The position numbers and the translations under genes were made by a program. A stretch of DNA of 32,764 nucleotides from Promethearchaeota archaeon (GTDB lineage Archaea > Asgardarchaeota > Lokiarchaeia > Sigyniarchaeales > SOKP01): assembly GCA_016930515.1 (NCBI GenBank), contig JAFGGO010000082.1:1-32764 (forward strand), in the 5' to 3' direction. This document shows positions 9,211-18,907 of this stretch, piece by piece; the stretch's first letter is position 1; every line of letters begins with the position of its first letter. The notes beneath the pieces were generated by a model. That model was given only the letters and a program-made list of their open reading frames with translations. It was not told the DNA's origin and did no database searches.

Positions 9211-10467
9211 ATGACAGAAAATTCCAGAGAAAGGAAAACATTCGACAAAGATAGATTGTTTAACCTCGTAAAAATCTTTAGCTTTCCTCGATTATCGGGT
9301 ACTGATGGAGAAGAAAAATCCGTAAAACTATGTGTGAAAGAGTTTAAAAACATTGGTTTTAAAGAAGAAGATCTTGAACAAGAGAAATTTGTATTTTCAG
9401 ATTTTTATTCAACAACCCTCATTCAACTCGTAATGATAATAAGCTTGACATCTTACTTGATCTTGTTGTACCTTGCTTACATATATCCAATCGTCATACT
9501 ATTTGTTTTTGGAGTCATTGCGATCGTTATTATTTTGATAATAAAAGGACTTAGGACTCCAGAAAAGGGTTTTTGGGGAGAATATTTTGGTACATCCCAT
9601 AGTTCCACAAATGTTATCGCAAAAATCCCCGCTTTAGAAAATCCCTCAAAAAATTGCGGACACTTAATTATTTCTGCCCATTTAGATTCAAAATCGCAAT
9701 CTTTCAAAACAGGTTGGAGAATAGTACTATATAGGCTTTTTTTATTCGGGGGAATAATCCTAGGAATTCTATATTTAGTACAACTGTTTTCAGGTATATT
9801 CATTGGTCATCTCGGACGGTTTTCCATATTCTTTCAATTAAGCATTTGGGCGTGTACATTCGTTCTTTTTCTTTCAAATGTCATGCTTTTATTTCTCACA
9901 ACTGGCAATAAGTCTCCTGGAGCCTTGGACAACGCTTCAGGCATGTCCATAGTGTTTGAACTCGCAAGGTACTTTAAAATGTATCCATTAAATAACCTAA
10001 ATTTATGGTTTTGTCAATTTTCGGCAGAAGAATTAGGAACAATGGGATCAAGAATTTTTGTGAATAACCGCGAACATCTCTTTCTAAAAGGAAAAACTTT
10101 TCAAATCAATTTGGATATGATATCATCGGCAAAACACGGAAAAAAAAAGAATAGGGTGCAATACTTAAAATCTTATGGAATATTTCCTCGTAAAGTAATT
10201 TCACCCTTGCTGGGAAGATATTTAGACCAAGCCGCAGCTAAAGAAGGGCTTGAGATTCACGGATTTCACCTATCAACGGGAGCTCATTTGGATTCCGTGC
10301 CATTTCACTTAAGAGGATACGACGCCATAGACATTGCCACGAGAGCTGCCGCAAAATACACCCACAACAAAATTGACACTCCAGACAAGGTCGATCCTGA
10401 AGTATTACTTCGCACTGCCAAGATTGTCAGGAGGGCGGTGTTAACCCTCGACGAGGATTTTGTATAA
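9211..10467 (+). CDS. M28 family zinc peptidase with inserted transmembrane hairpins
   Basis: SAHLDS, GALDNASG, AEELG.MGS, INLDM, HLD and a C-terminal H...DT; two hydrophobic hairpins are inserted. Confidence 0.85.
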   Translation: MTENSRERKTFDKDRLFNLVKIFSFPRLSGTDGEEKSVKLCVKEFKNIGFKEEDLEQEKFVFSDFYSTTLIQLVMIISLTSYLILLYLAYIYPIVILFVFGVIAIVIILIIKGLRTPEKGFWGEYFGTSHSSTNVIAKIPALENPSKNCGHLIISAHLDSKSQSFKTGWRIVLYRLFLFGGIILGILYLVQLFSGIFIGHLGRFSIFFQLSIWACTFVLFLSNVMLLFLTTGNKSPGALDNASGMSIVFELARYFKMYPLNNLNLWFCQFSAEELGTMGSRIFVNNREHLFLKGKTFQINLDMISSAKHGKKKNRVQYLKSYGIFPRKVISPLLGRYLDQAAAKEGLEIHGFHLSTGAHLDSVPFHLRGYDAIDIATRAAAKYTHNKIDTPDKVDPEVLLRTAKIVRRAVLTLDEDFV

Positions 10468-10500
10468 TAAGGTAAATTAAAAAAAATTAGCTTATCAGAT

Positions 10501-11277
10501 CTACATTGTTTGACATATTAAAAATTCCCTAACCTTGTTTTCTAAAACATAAGAGTTTTTTTGACTATAATTAAATAGATAAAACCTGTAATGTTCTGGA
10601 ATTGTAGGTGATATCTTCATTTCATAAGGGGAGGAATGTAGAGGGTTATTTATCCCAAGAATATTTTCGTTCAAACTATTTACGGCAACCCAATGATAAC
10701 CAACATTAAGTGCAACACATGGTGTCAGCTCTCCCTTCTGGTTTTCAAGATGTGCTTTTAATAAGGATATTTTTTTCTTATAATTACCATCATTCGTAGA
10801 AAAATCCTTTGAAGTAAAGTATAATCCGCCCGTGCCATCACGAGATTCTTGTTCTTGTGGAAAAAAACCTCCACCAAATAAATAGAACAAAATTTTGAGA
10901 TCTGCATCAGTTCTCATCGTATTCAAACTTTTTCTCAAGATGGCTTTTGTAATTTTATTATCTTGAGTAAAAGTTTTATTAGAGATTTGGTAATGAACAA
11001 TAGGCATGTAATAATCAACAATCTCGGGATTTTTAAGGCGTAAATAATCGTTCAAGATATTATTGCCTAGCGATTTTAATAATATATAAGTGATTACAAC
11101 CGACCATTTAAACTCGATTCTTGTCTGCTTCATTAAATCAGAGATACTGATATAGATCTCATTCAAGAACTCCTTATACTTCGTATTTTTTTCGGGGTTG
11201 ATCAACATGAGAAAGGTCGAAATGCCACAAGTGACTGAAAGCTGTCTATAAGATGGTAGGTTATACTTTCTTGACAT
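10501..11277 (-). CDS. Papain-fold (C39-like) cysteine peptidase candidate
   Basis: LPSYRQ..VTCG (oxyanion Q, catalytic C), HWVAV and INNPL in the order seen in C39-like peptidases. Confidence 0.55.
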   Translation of the reverse strand: MSRKYNLPSYRQLSVTCGISTFLMLINPEKNTKYKEFLNEIYISISDLMKQTRIEFKWSVVITYILLKSLGNNILNDYLRLKNPEIVDYYMPIVHYQISNKTFTQDNKITKAILRKSLNTMRTDADLKILFYLFGGGFFPQEQESRDGTGGLYFTSKDFSTNDGNYKKKISLLKAHLENQKGELTPCVALNVGYHWVAVNSLNENILGINNPLHSSPYEMKISPTIPEHYRFYLFNYSQKNSYVLENKVREFLICQTM

Positions 11278-11437
11278 ATTTTAAATCGGAAAACTTTTTT
11301 CATTAATTATATCTCAAGTTAAATTAATACTATTTTTGTTTATAGGTGTTATCCTAAGGAAAAATAAGATTTAATACTTTAACAATTTTCATTACTAATA
11401 TAAACCTGATCTAAATAAGAATAAAAGTGGATTATAA

Positions 11438-12706
11438 ATGGCTCAGACAGTTACTGAAAAGATACTCATGGATCATTCTGAAGAGAAAAAAGCCATCCCT
11501 GGAGATTTCATAGAATGTGAGATTGATACACTAATGGTACACGAACAATTAGGAGGAAGAATTCACAAGGAATTCGAAAAGCTCGGTATTGATCGAGTGT
11601 GGAATCCAGATAAGATCTTTTTCATCTTGGATCACTGGACACCAGCACCAACGATATCTGCGGCTCAAATGCATCAAGACGCCCGAGCATTTGCGAAAAA
11701 ATACCATTTTACTCACAATTATGGCTCACAATTGAACTTGGGCATTTGCCATCAAGTTCTCCCCGAGAAGGGCTTTGCACGACCAGGAGAGCTCATCGTC
11801 GGTTCTGACAGTCACACCACCACATACGGAGCGTTTAATTGCCTTTCAACGGGGATTGGTGCGACGGACGTTTCAGTCGTATTGGCAACTGGTAAATTAT
11901 GGTTCAAGGTACCTGATTCGTATAAAATAAGTTTGAAGGAAAATTTAAACGAATGGGTAATGTCAAAAGACCTGATCTTGCAGATTATTGGTGATCTTTC
12001 CACGAAAGGGGCAATTTACAAGTCTCTCGAATTTCACGGAACAGAATCGCTTTCCATTGATTCGAGGATGACCATTTCAAACATGGTAGTCGAGGCGGGT
12101 GCTAAGTTCGGAATATTCCTACTCGACGAAAGGATGGAAGAATGGGTTCAATCTCACTCGAACCGCCCCTACAAGTGTATAAAACCAGACGAAGATGCTA
12201 TATACGAAAAAACTATTGAATACGACCTTTCAACAATAAAACCACTCGTAGCAAAACCTTCTTCTCCTGGTAATATTGAATCAGCGGAGAATGTTGAGGG
12301 TATCGAAATCGATCAAGCGTTTATTGGAAGTTGCACCAATGGACGAATGGAAGATCTTCGGATTGCTGCTAGAATCGTGAAGGGTCGAAAAGTACATCCT
12401 AACACGAGATTTATAGTTACTCCTGCCTCTACTGAAATTTACTTGCAGGCCCTTAAAGAAGGACTGATCGAAACTTTCGTGAAATCTGGAGCCGTAGTTA
12501 CCCATTCGACCTGTGGAGCGTGCATAGGAGGTCACTTGGGCGTCCTAGCACCAGATGAAACTTGTATAAGTACAACAAATCGTAATTTCACGGGACGTAT
12601 GGGTTCTCCTAAATCGCAAATTTATTTAGCCTCGCCCGCAACAGTTGCTGCATCCGCTTTAACAGGTAAAATAACTGATCCAAGGAGGATAGAAAGTGTT
12701 AGATAA
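11438..12706 (+). CDS. leuC: 3-isopropylmalate dehydratase/homoaconitase large subunit
   Basis: DH, GICHQV, GSDSHT, GSCTNGR, CGACIG, STTNRNF.GRMG and YLASP. Substrate (LeuC vs HacA) cannot be resolved by eye. Confidence 0.88.
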   Translation: MAQTVTEKILMDHSEEKKAIPGDFIECEIDTLMVHEQLGGRIHKEFEKLGIDRVWNPDKIFFILDHWTPAPTISAAQMHQDARAFAKKYHFTHNYGSQLNLGICHQVLPEKGFARPGELIVGSDSHTTTYGAFNCLSTGIGATDVSVVLATGKLWFKVPDSYKISLKENLNEWVMSKDLILQIIGDLSTKGAIYKSLEFHGTESLSIDSRMTISNMVVEAGAKFGIFLLDERMEEWVQSHSNRPYKCIKPDEDAIYEKTIEYDLSTIKPLVAKPSSPGNIESAENVEGIEIDQAFIGSCTNGRMEDLRIAARIVKGRKVHPNTRFIVTPASTEIYLQALKEGLIETFVKSGAVVTHSTCGACIGGHLGVLAPDETCISTTNRNFTGRMGSPKSQIYLASPATVAASALTGKITDPRRIESVR

Positions 12707-13196
12707 AATCGAAGGTCGAATCTATGTGTTAGGAGATGATATAAATACAGACGACATCGTGCCAAGCCACACACTGACGATGAGGGATCCTACCGAAATG
12801 GCTAAATACACACTTGAATTCGTCGATCCCGAATTTGCAGCACAAGCTAAAAACATAAACATAATTTTTGGGGGAGAGGATTTTGGTACAGGGAGCTCTC
12901 GCGAGGAAGCCGTTAATGTGTTTAAAATTCTTGGCATAAAAGCCATTGTTGCTAAATCTTTCGCGAGAATATACTTTCGCAATTTAATAAACAACGGCAT
13001 CCCCGCCATCACTTTAGATTGGGGAATTAACGACTTTAAAAAAGGTGACGAGGTTTTGATATCGCTAAAAACCGGAGTAATAATAAATAAATCTTCTAAC
13101 AAAGAATTTTCGTTTTCGAAATTACCCGCTTTTTTAACAGACATTCTTGAAGAAGGTGGCGTCCTCAATAAATTAAAAAAAAGATTCAATAGTTAA
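12696..13196 (+). CDS. leuD: 3-isopropylmalate dehydratase/homoaconitase small subunit
   Basis: DINTDDI.P, FGTGSSRE and SFARIYFRN.IN.G; overlaps the large subunit. Confidence 0.88.
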   Translation: MLDKIEGRIYVLGDDINTDDIVPSHTLTMRDPTEMAKYTLEFVDPEFAAQAKNINIIFGGEDFGTGSSREEAVNVFKILGIKAIVAKSFARIYFRNLINNGIPAITLDWGINDFKKGDEVLISLKTGVIINKSSNKEFSFSKLPAFLTDILEEGGVLNKLKKRFNS

Positions 13197-13199
13197 ATC

Positions 13200-13588
13200 A
13201 TAAATTCAGAATATGTTTTAGAAGGATCAATTCAAGAAACAATGCTTGGTCCTTTATGGGCTCGTGCAGTATATGGTAAAATGTACCCCCACATCCTAAA
13301 GGAAGAAATGGCGATCGAGATCCTTGAAAAAATAAAATTTAAGATAAGCTAAAAAATTATTTCGAAAGATGGTAAAAAAATGGGGAAAGGAAAAGCAGTA
13401 CATTTTCACATCAAAAATCCAAATAAGTCGTTTTTGCAATGGTCAGATAACATCTCCGTGAAGGACTGGTTTCCCTTATGGGAAAGAACAGAAATTGATC
13501 AAAGCTGGAACCAACAAACAAAAAAATGATAAATTTAAACTTGAAGTTAAAGACTTCAAAGATTGTTCTCTTGAAGTTCCAAAAATAA
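13200..13588 (+). pseudogene. Decayed TcmP/LCM-like class I SAM methyltransferase
   Basis: INSEYVLEGSIQETMLGPLWARAVYGKMYPHILKEEMAIEILEKI matches the family N-terminus. ATA instead of ATG, in-frame TAA at 13350, catalytic core absent, then a C-terminal-like segment (QWSDNISVKDWFPLW) with a frameshift near 13525. Confidence 0.65.
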
Positions 13589-13648
13589 GAAACAAAACGT
13601 TCATATTAATAAAGTATTTTAATTTTGCATCTTTTTCCCTATCACTAA

Positions 13649-13778
13649 GTTAATACCATTTCTTAAAAACTTAGGACGTCGAAGACGGTTTCAATATAAA
13701 ATGGATATTGAAATGAAGCAGATATCAAGTGCAACTAAAGAATACTACTTCTCCAAAAGTTAAGAATGGTTATTTAAC
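13649..13778 (+). promoter_or_regulatory. Candidate structured 5' leader of the rpl11 operon
   Basis: Long closing helix plus internal hairpins CGTC/GACG and TTTCAATAT/ATATTGAAA, paired by eye. Confidence 0.45.
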
Positions 13779-13807
13779 GAAATCTATAAAAAATGAAACG
13801 GATCACA

Positions 13808-14305
13808 ATGAGCGAAAAGAAAATAGAAGTCAAAGCATTAGTAACGGGGGGACAAGCGTCTGGTGGACCTCCGATTGGTCCCGCAGTGGGTCCAACGGGG
13901 ATTAATATTAAAGATGTCGTTGATGTCATTAACGAAAAAACGCAAGTTTTCAAGGGCTTGACAGTTCCCGTCCGTATTTTGTGCGATCCTGAGACAAAAC
14001 AATTTGAAATATTCATAGAAACTCCAAGCACAGCCAGCCTATTGCTCAAAGAACTAGGTGCCGAAATGGGGTCCAAAAGCCCAGGAGAAGAGATACTCGG
14101 CGATTTATCCATGGAACAGATCATGAACGTTGCAAAGGCGAAACGGGATATTTTATTAGAAAAGACTTTTAAATCGTGCGTGAAGACCGTAGTTGGAACC
14201 GCTTTATCCATAGGCGCTACGGTTGAGGGACAAAATCCCAAAGCACTACAAAAAGCCATTGATAACGGACAATTTGACGATGTGATCAAGAAAGGGGAGG
14301 CGTGA
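13808..14305 (+). CDS. rpl11: 50S ribosomal protein uL11
   Basis: GGQASGGPPIGPAVGPTG and VVGTALSIG. Start likely ATG 13808. Confidence 0.97.
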   Translation: MSEKKIEVKALVTGGQASGGPPIGPAVGPTGINIKDVVDVINEKTQVFKGLTVPVRILCDPETKQFEIFIETPSTASLLLKELGAEMGSKSPGEEILGDLSMEQIMNVAKAKRDILLEKTFKSCVKTVVGTALSIGATVEGQNPKALQKAIDNGQFDDVIKKGEA

Positions 14306-14307
14306 TA

Positions 14308-15021
14308 ATGAAACTCGAAGATAGAATGCTAAAACAATCCTTAAACGCCGCAATTGAAAGCTCCGTCCTTAAAAAGGAAGGTAAGAAAGATAAAATCCGA
14401 AAGTTTGACGAATCTATAGATTTCATCATCAATCTCAAGGATATCAACCTCAACGATCCAAAACAACGTATCGAAAAGGAACTTATCTTACCTAACGATA
14501 TTATTACTCAAGACATGCCAAATATTTGCGTTATTGCATCAGATGAAATATTAATGGAAGCTAAGAAGTTGAAAATCGACACGATCGATTCTGAAGGGTT
14601 AATATCACTTAACGGACAAGAGAAAAAAGAAAAAAAAAAGTTTGTTAAGAAATACGACTATTTTATTGTTGAAGACAAGATGATGAGAGATGTCGCTAAA
14701 TATTTAGCCCGTTTTCTAGGTCCGGTAGGTAAAATGCCCAAACCATTTCCTTCTGGATACGGAATCGTTTCTTCCGTTGACGACCTTAACACGGCGATTG
14801 ATAGGTATAAAAAGATCATTCGCGTTTCCGTGAAGAAACATCCAATAGTTCAAGTAAAAATTGGAAAGAAATCAATGGCAAAAGATAAATTATACGCAAA
14901 CATGAAGGCAGTCGTTGATTATATTGCGGATCTCATGCCTCATAAATACAACAACTTCAAGTCAATCTACCTGAAAACTACGATGGGACAACCCGTGAAA
15001 CTAGGAGGTGTTGAAAAGTGA
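14308..15021 (+). CDS. rpl1: 50S ribosomal protein uL1
   Basis: RKFDESIDFIINLK, LGPVGKMPKP and YLKTTMG. GGAGG lies upstream of ATG 14308. Confidence 0.96.
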   Translation: MKLEDRMLKQSLNAAIESSVLKKEGKKDKIRKFDESIDFIINLKDINLNDPKQRIEKELILPNDIITQDMPNICVIASDEILMEAKKLKIDTIDSEGLISLNGQEKKEKKKFVKKYDYFIVEDKMMRDVAKYLARFLGPVGKMPKPFPSGYGIVSSVDDLNTAIDRYKKIIRVSVKKHPIVQVKIGKKSMAKDKLYANMKAVVDYIADLMPHKYNNFKSIYLKTTMGQPVKLGGVEK

Positions 15022-15995
15022 TTAAAAGAACTGAAATCCCTCAATGGAAAATAGACGAGGTTCAAAAATTAGTAGATTTATATAAACAGTACAAGACCAT
15101 TGCAATCGTGAAGATTGCTGGAATTAATGACAAGCAAATTCAGGATGTTAGAAAGAAACTGAGAGGAAAGGCAGTCATTAAGATGTCTAAAAAATCGCTT
15201 CAAACGCGAGCCATTGAGATATTTAAACAAGAATCGAAAAAAACAAATCTCGACGAAATAATCAAAAACATCCCACCTCAATCAAGTGTTGTTTATACTA
15301 ACATGGATATTTTTGACTTGAAAAGAGTATTTATCCAAAACAAATGGATGGTCCCTGCTAAACCAGATGAGATCACCCCCGTGGACATTTGGGTGCCCGA
15401 AGGAGATACAGGTCTTCCAACGGGTCAAGTCATTTCCGAGTTAAACATGACGTTGAAATTACCCACGAGAATTCAAAACGACACTATATGGATTCGCGAA
15501 AATACTCGCACGCACAAGGCTGGAGACCTGGTTACCATAAAACAAGCCTCGGTCTTGAAAAAATTAGGCGTGAATCCCTTAGAGTCCCTTATCAACATTC
15601 ATTTTGCCTGGTCAGACGGCGAAGTCATTCCAGAAGAAGTTCTTTACTTGGACATCGTTGCATTCCAGAAAGACGTACTTTCAGCGTATATGAACGCTCG
15701 AACGATTGCTTTAGAATTAGGAGTTGTTGACGACGATACTCTCGAGCCTTTAATTCAAAGAGCTCACAAAGGAGCTATTGCTCTACTTTTTGAGCTTCCA
15801 ATATTCGAAGAAAGTATGCTAGAGGACTATATTTGTAAAGCCGAAACGAACGCAAATGTTCTTCACGCTAATATTTTTGGAAGTGCAGTTAGTGCAACTT
15901 CCGCATCAAGTACAAGCCAAGAAGAGTCAAAATCTGAAGACCCCGAAAAAGATGACAATGAAGAGTCCGTTGGTATTGGAGGACTATTTGGATAA
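15018..15995 (+). CDS. rplP0: 50S ribosomal protein uL10 (P0)
   Basis: IPQWKIDEV, VRKKLRG and an acidic tail ending GIGGLFG. SD GGAGGTG at 15004-15010 precedes the GTG start. Confidence 0.96.
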   Translation: MIKRTEIPQWKIDEVQKLVDLYKQYKTIAIVKIAGINDKQIQDVRKKLRGKAVIKMSKKSLQTRAIEIFKQESKKTNLDEIIKNIPPQSSVVYTNMDIFDLKRVFIQNKWMVPAKPDEITPVDIWVPEGDTGLPTGQVISELNMTLKLPTRIQNDTIWIRENTRTHKAGDLVTIKQASVLKKLGVNPLESLINIHFAWSDGEVIPEEVLYLDIVAFQKDVLSAYMNARTIALELGVVDDDTLEPLIQRAHKGAIALLFELPIFEESMLEDYICKAETNANVLHANIFGSAVSATSASSTSQEESKSEDPEKDDNEESVGIGGLFG

Positions 15996-16065
15996 CTAAA
16001 TTAAATTTTTTTAATGATACAAAATACAATAACAAAAAATCAAACAATAAACAGAGGAATGAAAA

Positions 16066-16368
16066 ATGGAAAGTATATACGCAGCTCTCTTGCTTCACAA
16101 GGCTTCGAAAAAAGTAACTGAAGCCAACATCGAAAAAGTCTTAAAAGCCGCCGATGTTAATGTCGACAAGACGCAACTTACCAAGATCGTAGCGGGTTTG
16201 AAAGACAAGAACATCGACGAGATCATTGCTTCCGCCGCCGCAGCACCCATGATGATGGCCCCCGCAGGTGGAGCACCGGCCGCTGCTGCAGCGCCTGAAA
16301 AGAAGGAAGAGAAAAAGAAGAAAGAAGAAGTAGACGAAGAACCCACGGGTATTGGAAGTCTTTTCTAA
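16066..16368 (+). CDS. rpl12: Archaeal stalk protein P1 (L12)
   Basis: MESIYAALLLH, Ala-rich hinge, C-terminal GIGSLF; followed by a T-tract. Confidence 0.96.
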   Translation: MESIYAALLLHKASKKVTEANIEKVLKAADVNVDKTQLTKIVAGLKDKNIDEIIASAAAAPMMMAPAGGAPAAAAAPEKKEEKKKKEEVDEEPTGIGSLF

Positions 16369-16620
16369 ATTAATTTTTTTTTATTTTATTTTCATGATTT
16401 ATCTTTTATTTCACAAGTATTTTAAACCCATGATCCTAATAAAGATGAAATGTACGCTTGAACTTTAACAACATTCATGACTTCAACTAAAGGTTCCTTT
16501 TTATTCATTTCAAGATCATAAACTTTTTTTTAAATTCAATTTTTTTACAAATAACTTTAACGTAATTACGACAATTTACAAATATTACGACAAGAATTAT
16601 TGTTGGAAATTGAATAAATC

Positions 16621-18054
16621 ATGGCAGGAGCGTTTATCAAATTTTTTACACCGTTTGTGCGGATAATGCCGGAAATCAAGCAACCGCAAAGAGAAGTCAG
16701 GTTTAAAGAAAAGTTTATCTGGACGGCCGTGGTCCTCATTGTATACCTCATCATGTCGAACATACGATTGTACGGAGTTGACCTTCAAAATGTATCGGAT
16801 AGCATGTATTGGATGCGAATCATCCTTGCGTCTCAGAGAGGAACCCTCACGGAATTGGGAATTGGTCCCATTGTCACAGCGGGACTTATCATGCAATTGC
16901 TCCTTGGAAGCAAGTTGATAAAAATAGACATGTCAGACCCATACGACAGATCCATGTTTAGCGGAGCCCAGAAGGTAATGTCCATGTTCATGACCATGTT
17001 TAATTCAATCGTTTACATCGCAGGAGGTCAATTTGGCACGCTTACCTTGCCCAACGCAATCTTCGTGTTCATCCAGCTCATGTTCGCAGGCCTCGTGATC
17101 ATATTATTGGACGAAATCCTTCAAAAAGGATGGGGACTCGGTAGCGGAGTGTCCTTGTTCATTGGTGCGGGCGTTGCGGGTCAGATCTTTTGGAGCCTAT
17201 TCAGTTTCCAAAACACCGGATTAGGCCCTCACGGTGTTGTTGTCGCTTTCTTTACCTATTTATTCGATAACAATCCAAGCACGGATGTTGGTTCCCTATG
17301 GGTAAGACAAAACACGCCAGGATTGATGGGACTCATTACCACGGTCATCATCATTCTCATCGTGGTATGGTTTGAGTCGACAAAAGTAGAAATACCGCTT
17401 CAACACGCGGGATATCGTGGGTTCAAGGGCAAGTATCCGATGAAATTATTATACGTCTCCACGATCCCCATAATTCTCCTTAATGCACTCTACGCAAACT
17501 TTATTTTCATAGGTCAATTGTTCGTCGGTCCGACGGGTTTCTTGCGAGGCGTCTGGGACGATACTTGGTTAAATTTAATAGGTGTTTTTGAAGTTCAAGG
17601 AAACCAAATGGTGCCCGTGTCTGGATTGCTCTATCTCCTTTCGCCTCCTCAAGGCTTGGATCAATTAGTGGCAGATCCGATTCGAGCCCTGATATATCTT
17701 GCTTTTTCAACCTACCTGTGCATCAAGCTCGGAAAGGTCTGGGTCAGCGTGAGTGGCATGGCACCCCGAGACATTGCCCAACAGATCTTAGACTCGGGAA
17801 TGCAAGTTCCGGGTTTCCGGCGTTCAGAAAAGATCGTGGAAAAGATTCTTAAGAGGTACATTCCAACGCTAATCGTTCTGAACGGTATCATCATTGCCTT
17901 CTTAAGCTTCACGGCAGATAGCTTGGGTGCCCTATCAAGTGGAACAGGTTTGTTGATCGCAATAGGCATCATACATCAATACGCCGAAACGATAAGTAAG
18001 GAAGTTGCAGCCATGCAATATCCATCCATGAGGGAGTTTTTAGGTTTGGATTAA
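16621..18054 (+). CDS. secY: Preprotein translocase SecY/Sec61alpha
   Basis: GTLTELGIGPIVTAGLIMQLL, KGWGLGSGVSLFI, YPMKLLY, VPGFR and SGTGLLI. Confidence 0.97.
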   Translation: MAGAFIKFFTPFVRIMPEIKQPQREVRFKEKFIWTAVVLIVYLIMSNIRLYGVDLQNVSDSMYWMRIILASQRGTLTELGIGPIVTAGLIMQLLLGSKLIKIDMSDPYDRSMFSGAQKVMSMFMTMFNSIVYIAGGQFGTLTLPNAIFVFIQLMFAGLVIILLDEILQKGWGLGSGVSLFIGAGVAGQIFWSLFSFQNTGLGPHGVVVAFFTYLFDNNPSTDVGSLWVRQNTPGLMGLITTVIIILIVVWFESTKVEIPLQHAGYRGFKGKYPMKLLYVSTIPIILLNALYANFIFIGQLFVGPTGFLRGVWDDTWLNLIGVFEVQGNQMVPVSGLLYLLSPPQGLDQLVADPIRALIYLAFSTYLCIKLGKVWVSVSGMAPRDIAQQILDSGMQVPGFRRSEKIVEKILKRYIPTLIVLNGIIIAFLSFTADSLGALSSGTGLLIAIGIIHQYAETISKEVAAMQYPSMREFLGLD

Positions 18055-18157
18055 TCAAATCCCTTTTATTTTATGTGATTATACATTAAACAATGTAATA
18101 AAACAAATCTAAATTGAAAAACTATTAAATAACAAACGACTTAATTGATCTTAAGAA

Positions 18158-18769
18158 ATGCTAGCCATAATGTTTCAAAATTTTGCAGATATCGTATTTA
18201 ACACATCTGAAGGTGCTTTTTTCTTCGTGTTGTTTTTATCGTTTAGCATAGCTCTAGGAAGCGCTCTCCTGTCCAAAAAGCTCATTGACACTTCAGAAAT
18301 AGAAAGGAAACAAAAGCAAATTAAGACTCACGAGGAGGAAAAGGCAAGAATAATAGAGCTCGCCCAAGTAGACCCTAACAGGTACCGAAAAGCTCGAAAA
18401 CGCTGGGAACGCAAGGACGCTGTAGTCAAGAAAACTCAACAAAAAATGGGGCTCCAGCGCATGAAACCCACATGCATCACTTTCCTTCCCATAATGATCA
18501 TATTTTTCGCAATAGCCCCGGCTTTTGGGGGCACACCCGTTGCAATGGCATCCATGAACCCGTTAAATGTTCCATTACTTGGTTCAATGATTACAAATGT
18601 AAGAATTGCGCCTTGGATCACCTATCAAGCGTGGTACATGATCTGTTCTCTTTCTTTTCAACCGTTATTCCAAAGAGCGTTTAAAATCCAGACACAAACA
18701 ACTGGAGGAGGCTTCAGCCAAATGCTCAGTGGTCAGAAAGCCAAGGCCATGGAATTTCCTGACATTTAA
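18158..18769 (+). CDS. DUF106/EMC3/TMCO1 (Oxa1 superfamily) membrane insertase
   Basis: TM - coiled coil - MKP...TF.P TM - WYMICS; conserved position downstream of secY. Confidence 0.88.
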   Translation: MLAIMFQNFADIVFNTSEGAFFFVLFLSFSIALGSALLSKKLIDTSEIERKQKQIKTHEEEKARIIELAQVDPNRYRKARKRWERKDAVVKKTQQKMGLQRMKPTCITFLPIMIIFFAIAPAFGGTPVAMASMNPLNVPLLGSMITNVRIAPWITYQAWYMICSLSFQPLFQRAFKIQTQTTGGGFSQMLSGQKAKAMEFPDI

Positions 18770-18907
18770 AAAAGAAACGGAAAATTCTCAAACCTTTTTC
18801 TTTAATAGCGATATTTTCAATTTAATCTTGTTATTTTCTTCAATATTACCTTTGAAGGTTATATCCAAATTCTTGAATAAAAATTGAAAAATTAAAATTA
18901 AAAAAAA

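Noticed and set aside
13774-14289. 171-aa antisense ORF and the other short overlapping ORFs in the track
   Set aside because: Shadows of well-conserved genes (rpl11, leuD, secY, leuA, rtcA, spcS).
16430-16520. Possible structured secY leader (ATGATC...GATCAT)
   Set aside because: Short AT-rich pairings compatible with chance.
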